Shown: in pieces, positions 57,369-64,000 of the stretch
How positions within the stretch are numbered: the first letter of the stretch is position 1
How the letters are laid out: each line of letters opens with the position of its first letter
Origin: an uncultured Gemmatimonadales bacterium
GTDB lineage: Bacteria; Gemmatimonadota; Gemmatimonadetes; Longimicrobiales; RSA9
Reading direction: 5' to 3'
Assembly (NCBI GenBank): GCA_963741945.1
Contig: CAVUKA010000005.1
Span: forward strand, 192,001-256,000
DNA: 64,000 bases
Translations under genes and position numbers: made by a program
The notes under the pieces: model-generated
Database searches by the model: none
Told to the model about the DNA's origin: nothing
Seen by the model: the letters and a program-made list of their open reading frames with translations, nothing else

Positions 57369-57632
57369 CTACCGAGCCACCTGCTTCTTCGCCCAGCGAC
57401 GATAGAGCCAGAGCAGCAGCAGGGCGCCGAGGATGGAGCCGATCCATCCGGCGGGCGTCAGCGTCGAGCGGCCGGGCCAGATCAGGCCGATGATGAACCC
57501 GCCCACCACCGAGCCGAGTATCCCGAGCGCGATCGTGGCCAGGCAGCCACCCGGGTCCTTGCCCGGCATGATGAGCTTCGCGATCGCGCCCACCACCGCG
57601 CCGAAGAGGATCCACCACAGCAGCGTGAACAT
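57369..57632 (-). CDS. GlsB/YeaQ/YmgE family stress-response membrane protein
   Basis: WILFGAVVGAIAKLIMPG, LGILGSVVGG, SILGALLLL. Confidence 0.92.
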   Translation of the reverse strand: MFTLLWWILFGAVVGAIAKLIMPGKDPGGCLATIALGILGSVVGGFIIGLIWPGRSTLTPAGWIGSILGALLLLWLYRRWAKKQVAR

Positions 57633-57729
57633 TGCGTCACCGTCCCATGGAGATTGATCGGATGAACGTCCGCTCTCCTGGTACGCAAGATGTGGACGCG
57701 GTCGGATCCGGAAAAGGCGGGAGTGACGG

Positions 57730-57848
57730 TGAAAAAGCGCGCGAGGGTCAGCCGATCGGGTGAAGCCGTCCGCCCGAACCCCCTGAACCGGCGGCTAGCG
57801 TTCGACCCTCTCGGCTGCCCTCGCGTGACTGCAAAGCGGTCTTCTACT
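57730..57848 (-). ncRNA. Candidate structured small RNA (family not recognised)
   Basis: Intergenic ~86-nt rod hairpin (57740-57825) followed by a U-tract, preceded by an ECF-like promoter. Confidence 0.45.
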
Positions 57849-57851
57849 CTC

Positions 57852-57880
57852 TAGATGCCGGTCGGCCCGAAAACCTTACA
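57852..57880 (-). promoter_or_regulatory. Candidate ECF-type promoter
   Basis: Minus strand TGTAAGG-N16-CATCTA. Confidence 0.4.
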
Positions 57881-57896
57881 GCGATCTCGCCAGTCA

Positions 57897-57932
57897 CGGA
57901 AACGGCCCCCGGGGCATTGCCCCGGAGGCCGT
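57897..57932 (-). terminator. Terminator-like hairpin after the DEAD/CSD gene
   Basis: Minus strand ACGGCCTCCGGGG-CAATG-CCCCGGGGGCCGT followed by TTCC. Confidence 0.55.
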
Positions 57933-57969
57933 CGTTCCACCCCCGCGCGAGCCGCGCGCGGCCGGAGCG

Positions 57970-59028
57970 TCAGAGAGGCTGGACCTCCCTCGCTTCCGGG
58001 CTCTTCTCCGTCGGCACGCGGCGGAAGCGGACCCGCTGGCCATCGTCCAGCGACTTGAAGCCGTCGCCCAGGATGTTGGAATGATGGACGAACACGTCCT
58101 CGCCGCCGTCGTCCGGCTCGATGAAGCCGAAGCCCTTGCTGTTGCTAAACCAGCGGACCGTGCCCGTGATCTCGCCGTCCCCGCCGGCGGCGGCGACGCC
58201 GGCGACCACGCGCTCCGGGCTCTCGAACGCGGGCTGCCCCGGGCGCCGCGACGGCGGGAGCGGGGCAGCCGCCACCTCCACGCGCATCGGGTCGGTCATG
58301 ACGGTGCGCGCCAGGTCCTGCGCTTCGGCGGAGAGCGTACGTCCCACGAAGATCACCTGGCAGTCGTCGGGAGTCAGCTCCGCGATCCGCTGGATCTCCC
58401 CGTGCTTGCCGCGCTGGAGCAGCGCATCCACCGGATCGAAAGCGAGCACCTCTACCTGCCCGAGTCGGACGTTCCCCGCCTCGACGTGCTCGAGCAGTCG
58501 GTCGGGCGTGGCCACCAGGATGTCGAAGCCGGCCCTCAGGTCGCGGACCTGGTCCACCGCCGGCTCGCCACCGTGGATCTCGCCCACCCACAGGTCGGTC
58601 TCCCGGGCCAGGGCGCTGACCTGACTCCCGATTTCCCGGACCATGTCCTCCGTCGGCGCTACGACGAGCGTGAACAGCCCCTCGCGGTGCAGCTGGCGCT
58701 CCAGTGCCGGAACCACGTACGCCCCCGTCTTCCCCGACCCCGCCGGGGCGCTCAGAAGGATGTCCCGCCGACTGGAGAGAACGTCCGCCATGCGGGCCTG
58801 CGCCGGGCGAGGCTCCTCCCACCCCATGGCATCCAGCCCGCGCCGGAGCTCATCGTGCTCCACCAGGTCCGCGAACGTTTCCGCCTCTGCCCGCCCCGGG
58901 ACCGCCCCGGCACCGGGAGCTGCGGCGGGACGCCCCCGCCGCCGGAGGAAGACGACCGCGACCCATATCACCATGAGCACGACTGCCACTACGAGGACCG
59001 TCGTCCAGAAACCGTTGATTCCGTTCAT
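57970..59028 (-). CDS. TM-anchored degenerate DEAD-box N-terminal domain fused to a cold-shock domain
   Basis: TM then [53 protein letters not shown]...DVFVHHS. Confidence 0.88.
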   Translation of the reverse strand: MNGINGFWTTVLVVAVVLMVIWVAVVFLRRRGRPAAAPGAGAVPGRAEAETFADLVEHDELRRGLDAMGWEEPRPAQARMADVLSSRRDILLSAPAGSGKTGAYVVPALERQLHREGLFTLVVAPTEDMVREIGSQVSALARETDLWVGEIHGGEPAVDQVRDLRAGFDILVATPDRLLEHVEAGNVRLGQVEVLAFDPVDALLQRGKHGEIQRIAELTPDDCQVIFVGRTLSAEAQDLARTVMTDPMRVEVAAAPLPPSRRPGQPAFESPERVVAGVAAAGGDGEITGTVRWFSNSKGFGFIEPDDGGEDVFVHHSNILGDGFKSLDDGQRVRFRRVPTEKSPEAREVQPL

Positions 59029-59144
59029 GTTCTCAACTTCCGCGGCGTGCGCCGCAATTGTCAAGCGAACCCCTACGTGCACCGTTTCTTGCAAGAGCGC
59101 CGAACCGGATCGAGACCGTCCACCAGCAGGGGAGGCGTGCGCCC

Positions 59145-59348
59145 ATGGCACTCGGACCGATGACCCGGAAATGGCTGATCGTCGTCATCGTAGCGGTGGT
59201 CGTGCTCGTCGTGGCCGGCCTGATCTATATCGCCTTCGCCTACGAGGGCGTGCGCCCGGAGGTCGGGCGCGGCGATTCGGATCAGGTCAGTACCATTGCG
59301 CCGCCAGCCCATTCACTCCCGCAGCCCACCCGCTTCCATCGCGGCTGA
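59145..59348 (+). CDS. Possible small single-TM protein
   Basis: GGAGG RBS and [24 protein letters not shown]; overlaps the convergent gene end by 62 nt. Confidence 0.45.
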   Translation: MALGPMTRKWLIVVIVAVVVLVVAGLIYIAFAYEGVRPEVGRGDSDQVSTIAPPAHSLPQPTRFHRG

Positions 59349-60321
59349 ATCCGACGGCGTTGTACCCCGCACTACCCGCCGCCTTCCACGTCGCCCCGTC
59401 ATCCCGTGAGTACGCCGACCCGGAAGGGCCCACGGCCACCAGGAGCGGCGGATCGCTCCCCGGCACGTAGGCCACGCCGTACCACACGCCTGGGAGAGCG
59501 GCCGTGGAAACCGCCGACCAGCTCCGCCCTCCATCCCGAGTGGTCCCGAGGCGCACGGGCACGCTGGTGCTGTCGGTGTAGTCCCCGCCCACGATCACGC
59601 CGTGCAGCGTGTCCCGGAACGCTACGCCGAATATACCTGCGCTCGGTCCGGCCGGCAGCGGGGTGTCCGCGGCCGTCCAGGTGCGGCCGCCGTCGCGGCT
59701 CCGCAGGACCCGGGCCCGCGCGCCAGCGCCCGTGCCGATCCAGGCGTGGGTCGCGCCAGCCACGGCCACGGCCGTCCCGCTGGCCGCGAAACCACCCTCC
59801 CCATCCAGCGCGGCCGGGACCGACTCCGCCGGCACCCAGTGCTTCCCATCTTCCGTGCGTACGATCGTGAGCCGCCCCGCAACGGCATCCCCGAACGCCA
59901 CGCCGCGCCGCGCGTCCCAGAAAGCCATGCCGTCGTAGAACGCGTCCGGTCGATCGTCCTGGTAGACCACGCCCCAGCTCCGCCCGCCGTCGCCGGTCCG
60001 GTAGATCCGCGCCAGACCGCCATCGAAATGCGTTCCGAGCGCGAACGCCGCCAGAGAGTCCGCTGCGGCGACACCCACGATGAACAGCGACTCCGCGCCG
60101 GTGATCGTGTCCACGCGCCAGGGCGCGCCGGCTTCGCTCAGCCGTGCCACCACACCCCCGCGCCCGCCCAGCCAGACGCCGCCATGCCTCACCGCAGAGA
60201 CACCGCGGAACTCCGCGTCCGTGGGTGCCGGCCGCGCGTTCCAGGGGCGGGCGACCGTCACACCCGCGGCGCACGCCCACGCTGCCGCCACCACCGCGGC
60301 CAGCCCGATCGTCACTCGCAT
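59287..60321 (-). CDS. Exported YCF48/BNR-repeat beta-propeller protein
   Basis: Signal peptide; TGDGGRSW, TEDGKHW, SRDGGRTW, SRDDGATW; FAASGT. Confidence 0.85.
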   Translation of the reverse strand: MRVTIGLAAVVAAAWACAAGVTVARPWNARPAPTDAEFRGVSAVRHGGVWLGGRGGVVARLSEAGAPWRVDTITGAESLFIVGVAAADSLAAFALGTHFDGGLARIYRTGDGGRSWGVVYQDDRPDAFYDGMAFWDARRGVAFGDAVAGRLTIVRTEDGKHWVPAESVPAALDGEGGFAASGTAVAVAGATHAWIGTGAGARARVLRSRDGGRTWTAADTPLPAGPSAGIFGVAFRDTLHGVIVGGDYTDSTSVPVRLGTTRDGGRSWSAVSTAALPGVWYGVAYVPGSDPPLLVAVGPSGSAYSRDDGATWKAAGSAGYNAVGFSRDGSGWAAGVNGLAAQWY

Positions 60322-60403
60322 CCTGGATCGCATGGCCGCATGATGGACTCGCCGCACGGGCCCCGCAACGGGGCGGCCGCAATCCTGCGAGAGCTGAGGG
60401 CCC

Positions 60404-61516
60404 ATGGACTGGAAGCGCGCACTCACGGAAGCCGCCTGGCTCACGGAGGAAGGCGCGGATCGACTTCGTCGCCGCGTCGATCGACTCCTCCGCCCCGGCC
60501 GCCCGGCCCGCGTGGAGCCCTACAGGAGCTACGGGACCCCGTCCCGGGTGCGTGTGCGAGGACGCGTCCTCCACGGCGAGGCGCCCGCCCCGGCCACCCC
60601 CTCCGACCCCTGGTGGCTGAACCTGGCGAACGCATACCGCCGGCTGGGGAGCGCCGAAGTGGCCGGCGCTCGACTGCGCGTCGCGTTCGCCGGCGACATC
60701 CGCGAGGCGAGATCGGACGATGAAGGGTTCTTCGCCGTCGACCTGGCCCCGACCATCCCCCTCGACCCGGACCGCCTCTGGCACCCCGCCAGCATCGAGC
60801 TTCTCGCGCCGCGGGGCACGGGAGCGCAGTCCGTGGTCGCCGTGCCGAACGGCGCGCGCTTCGGCATCATCAGCGACCTCGATGACACGGTCGTTCGCAC
60901 CGGCGCCACCAAGGTGCTCCGGATGGGGCGGGAGGTCCTGTTCGGGAATGTCCACACGCGCATGCCGTTCCCGGGCGTCGGCGCCTTCTACCGCGCGCTC
61001 CACATCGCCGCGGCCGGGGCCGGGGAGTTGAACCCCGTGTTCTACGTTTCCAGCAGCCCCTGGAACCTCTATGACCTCCTCGGCGAGTTCCTCCGCCTGC
61101 ACGGCATTCCGGCGGGGCCCATGGAGCTTCGCGACTGGGGGATCACGCGGGAGGAGATGCTGCCAGCCGGCCATCACCGCCACAAGCGCGCGGCCATCGA
61201 CCGGATCCTCGAGACCTACCCGACCCTGAGATTCCTTCTGGTGGGCGACAGCGGACAGCAGGACCCGGAGATCTACCGTGAAGTGGTGCACCAGCACCCG
61301 GGCCGGGTCCTGGCCATCTATATCCGCAGCGTGATCCCGGACGCCGACCGCATCCGCGCCGTCGATGACCTCGCCGCCGAGATGGCCCGCAACGGCGACG
61401 CCGAGCTCGTCCTCGTGCACGACACCCTCGAGGCCGCCAGCCACGCCGCCGCGCGGGGGTGGATCCGGGCAGCCGACGTCGATACCGTGGCCCGCACCCA
61501 GCGCAGTGAGCAGTGA
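60404..61516 (+). CDS. App1 family phosphatidate phosphatase (DUF2183)
   Basis: ISDLDDTV (DxDxT), YVSSSPWNLY, GDSGQQDPEIY, AIYIR. Confidence 0.88.
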   Translation: MDWKRALTEAAWLTEEGADRLRRRVDRLLRPGRPARVEPYRSYGTPSRVRVRGRVLHGEAPAPATPSDPWWLNLANAYRRLGSAEVAGARLRVAFAGDIREARSDDEGFFAVDLAPTIPLDPDRLWHPASIELLAPRGTGAQSVVAVPNGARFGIISDLDDTVVRTGATKVLRMGREVLFGNVHTRMPFPGVGAFYRALHIAAAGAGELNPVFYVSSSPWNLYDLLGEFLRLHGIPAGPMELRDWGITREEMLPAGHHRHKRAAIDRILETYPTLRFLLVGDSGQQDPEIYREVVHQHPGRVLAIYIRSVIPDADRIRAVDDLAAEMARNGDAELVLVHDTLEAASHAAARGWIRAADVDTVARTQRSEQ

Positions 61517-61546
61517 GGGGCCCCCATCACGCCGGGGCCACGCCGG

Positions 61547-61807
61547 TCATTCCGGGGCGGATCGCCCGCCGTCCTGCTGCAGTCTCGACCGCAGCGCCTC
61601 CGCCAGCTCGTCCAGTCGGTCGGAACGGTCCTCGGCCAGCTCCACCAGCTTCTCGAGGTTGCGCCTCCCGGGGCGGCGACGACCCGTGGCCCACGAATAC
61701 AGCGCCGAATAGGACACGCCCGCTTCCTGGGCCACGTCCTCCATGCGCCCGGCGATCCCGTCCAGCAGATCGCTGATCAGGGCTGAGACGGCTTCCCCTT
61801 TGGCCAC
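61547..61807 (-). CDS. Small XRE-like helix-turn-helix protein
   Basis: GGAGG plus GTG at 61807; MEDVAQEAGVSYSALYSWATGRRRP and a C-terminal coiled coil. Confidence 0.75.
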   Translation of the reverse strand: MAKGEAVSALISDLLDGIAGRMEDVAQEAGVSYSALYSWATGRRRPGRRNLEKLVELAEDRSDRLDELAEALRSRLQQDGGRSAPE

Positions 61808-61976
61808 CTGTATCCTCCCCGTCCGGGCGCAGCGCGCGACCTCTCGCCCAGGACTTCGACATTGCGCTTCGTGTTCCCGCCCGGCGCGCGCGGCCCGCTG
61901 CGCCGGCAACCTTTCCCTCCCTCTCGCAAGAACTGTTCGCACCCGGCCGGAACACGGCTTCACCGGACCCCCAGCG

Positions 61977-62414
61977 CTACTCGTCGCGCTCCACCCGGCC
62001 CCGCAGCTTCTTGACGCGGCCCCGGTGCTTCTTCGCCCGGAGGCGCCGCTCCTTCGACGCCTTCGTGGGCCGCGTCGCCTTGCGCTTCTTGCGTGGCCGC
62101 AGCGCGTCCGCCACCAGCGCTGCGAACCGCTCCAGCACCTCTTCCCGGTTCCGGTGCTGGCTCCGGTGCGCGTCCGCCGACAGGTGCAGCACGCCCCCCG
62201 TGTCGATGCGGTTCCCCAGCCGCGACCGGATCAGCTGGCGACGTCGGTCCGTCAGCGACGCCGAGCCGTCCACGTCCCACGCCAGCTGCACGCGCGTCGC
62301 CGAGGTGTTCACGTGCTGCCCCCCCGGGCCGCCCGATCGTGTGGCCCGGAGCTCCAGCTCGGACGTGGGGATGCTCAGCCGCTGATTGATCCGAATCCGT
62401 CCGGGCTCATCCAT
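61977..62414 (-). CDS. arfB: Alternative ribosome-rescue factor B (YaeJ)
   Basis: RSGGPGGQHVN, RSQHRNR, basic tail RKATRPTKASKERRL. Confidence 0.93.
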   Translation of the reverse strand: MDEPGRIRINQRLSIPTSELELRATRSGGPGGQHVNTSATRVQLAWDVDGSASLTDRRRQLIRSRLGNRIDTGGVLHLSADAHRSQHRNREEVLERFAALVADALRPRKKRKATRPTKASKERRLRAKKHRGRVKKLRGRVERDE

Positions 62415-62662
62415 CGGTCCGCGGTGTGCGAGGAGTGTCTGGACGTTCGCGAGGCAAGCACCGAGCCGGCGCGCCATGGCGCGCCGGCTCGCGGACCGCC
62501 CCACAGGCGAAAATCAACTGCGGTGGGGCAAAACCCGCTCTCCGATATACGGGTCTCCCCGACAGACAGCCCGGGAAGCGCTCCGTATTATCTTACGGGG
62601 GGATTCTAACCCTGCAAATTCGGCTCGTCTCGAGCCGTCGCACCTTCCAGGAGGCCATTCAC

Positions 62663-64000
62663 ATGCCGGATACGCTCACCGTCGTTGATAATCGTACTGG
62701 GAAGCAGATCGAGCTCCCGATCACGCACGGGACCTACCCCGAGTATGGGTCCAATGCGCCCGCCGCTCCGCTTCGCCAGCTGAAGATCTCGGACGAGGAT
62801 TTCGGGCTGCTGTCCTACGACCCCGCGTTCAAGAACACGGCATCGTGCAGGAGCGCCATCACGTTCATTGATGGGGAGCGCGGCATCCTGCGGTATCGCG
62901 GCATCCCGATCGAGGAGCTGGCGGAGAACAGCAACTTCCTGGAATCGGCGTACCTGACGCTGTTCGGCGAGCTGCCCACGTCGGAGCAGCTCGAGGACTG
63001 GAACCACCACATCAAGCACCACACCTACACGCACGAGAACCTGAAGAAGTTCATCGACGGGTTCCATCACGACGCCCACCCCATGGGCATGTTCGTGAGC
63101 ACGGTGGCGGCGCTCTCCACGTTCTATCCGGAGGCGCGGAACATCCAGGATCCGGAAGTGCGGCAGAAGCAGATCGTGCGGCTCATTGCCAAGGTGCCCA
63201 CGGTCGCCGCGTTCGCGTACCGGCACAGCGTGGGACAGCCGTACGTCTATCCGGACAACGACCTCAGCTTCGCCGGCAACTTCCTGAACATGCTGTACAA
63301 GATGTCGGAGCCGAAGTACAAGCCGGATCCGATCCTGGAGAAGGTGCTCGACGTGCTCTTCATTCTGCACATCGACCACGAGCAGAACTGCAGCACCACC
63401 ACCATGCGGACCGTGGGCAGCTCCCACGCCGATCCGTACGTGGCGGTTTCGGCTGCGGCCGCGGCGCTCTACGGCCCGCTGCACGGCGGCGCGAACGAGA
63501 AGGTGCTGCGGATGCTGAACGAGATCGGCACGAAGGACCGGGTGGGCGAGTTCGTGAAGCGTGCGAAGGAGGGCGAGTTCCGCCTCATGGGCTTCGGTCA
63601 CCGCGTGTACAAGAACTACGACCCGCGCGCGAAGATCCTCCGGGAGCTGGCGCCGAAGGTGTTCGAGGTCACCGGGAAGGACCCGCTCCTCGACCTGGCG
63701 GTGGAGCTCGAGAAGATCGCCCTCGAGGACGAGTACTTCGTCAAGCGCAATCTGTATCCCAACGTGGACTTCTACTCGGGGATCATCTACAAGGCGCTCG
63801 GCTTCCCCGTGGACATGTTCCCGGTGCTGTTCGCCATCGGCCGCACCGTCGGCTGGCTGGCACAGTGGCAGGAGATGCTCATGGACCCGGAGCAGGCGAT
63901 CTCCCGTCCGCGGCAGATCTACACGGGCTACGACACGCGACCCTACGTGTCCATGGCGCAGCGCGGCCAGGAACCCGCCACGAGCGGCGCGAAGGGCTGA
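62663..64000 (+). CDS. gltA: Citrate synthase
   Basis: YDPAF, DHEQNCST, GPLHGGANE, MGFGHRVYKNYDPR, YPNVDFYSG. The stop codon is the last 3 nt of the window. Confidence 0.96.
   Translation: MPDTLTVVDNRTGKQIELPITHGTYPEYGSNAPAAPLRQLKISDEDFGLLSYDPAFKNTASCRSAITFIDGERGILRYRGIPIEELAENSNFLESAYLTLFGELPTSEQLEDWNHHIKHHTYTHENLKKFIDGFHHDAHPMGMFVSTVAALSTFYPEARNIQDPEVRQKQIVRLIAKVPTVAAFAYRHSVGQPYVYPDNDLSFAGNFLNMLYKMSEPKYKPDPILEKVLDVLFILHIDHEQNCSTTTMRTVGSSHADPYVAVSAAAAALYGPLHGGANEKVLRMLNEIGTKDRVGEFVKRAKEGEFRLMGFGHRVYKNYDPRAKILRELAPKVFEVTGKDPLLDLAVELEKIALEDEYFVKRNLYPNVDFYSGIIYKALGFPVDMFPVLFAIGRTVGWLAQWQEMLMDPEQAISRPRQIYTGYDTRPYVSMAQRGQEPATSGAKG

Noticed and set aside
57730-57848. SRP 4.5S RNA or 6S RNA
   Set aside because: It lacks the SRP domain IV motif (CAGG...GGAA...AGCAG), and it is shorter than 6S RNA with no evident large central bubble.
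59287-60321. Photosynthesis gene, from YCF48 similarity
   Set aside because: BNR/YCF48-like propellers are widespread in non-phototrophs, and no photosystem genes are present.
1-64000. CRISPR array, tRNA, IS/transposase, integrase or prophage
   Set aside because: I saw no regularly spaced repeats, cloverleafs, terminal inverted repeats or recombinase/phage motifs.

Overview
A GC-rich (roughly 70%, judged by eye), gene-dense bacterial chromosomal segment of about 60 CDS. The gene repertoire and style suggest Gemmatimonadota, but this is an inference. It holds housekeeping genes (thiolase, 3-hydroxyacyl-CoA dehydrogenase, LeuB-family dehydrogenase, a stand-alone PBP2, purE/purK, ggt, arfB, gltA), an ECF sigma/anti-sigma operon with two exported HEAT-repeat proteins, an 8-gene chemosensory operon with an embedded HEAT-repeat gene, and a TetR-TolC-HlyD-ABC efflux operon. 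I found no rRNA, tRNA, CRISPR array or mobile element. The most unusual items are: (1) a 4-gene operon joining an ATP/ADP-translocase-like (Npt/Tlc)-HEAT-cNMP protein and a two-component pair to a signal-peptide-bearing atypical kinase, with a second such kinase 9 kb away, suggesting extracytoplasmic phosphorylation with its own ATP supply; (2) an unannotated ~310-nt minus-strand transcription unit whose 21-aa ORF follows a 14-nt perfect complement of the 16S rRNA 3' end; (3) a membrane-anchored, catalytically degenerate half DEAD-box domain fused to a cold-shock domain, followed by a candidate ECF-driven rod-shaped sRNA; (4) a Myxococcus Che7-like chemosensory system ending in a hybrid kinase. 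All functional calls come from motif recognition by eye; no database searches were run.
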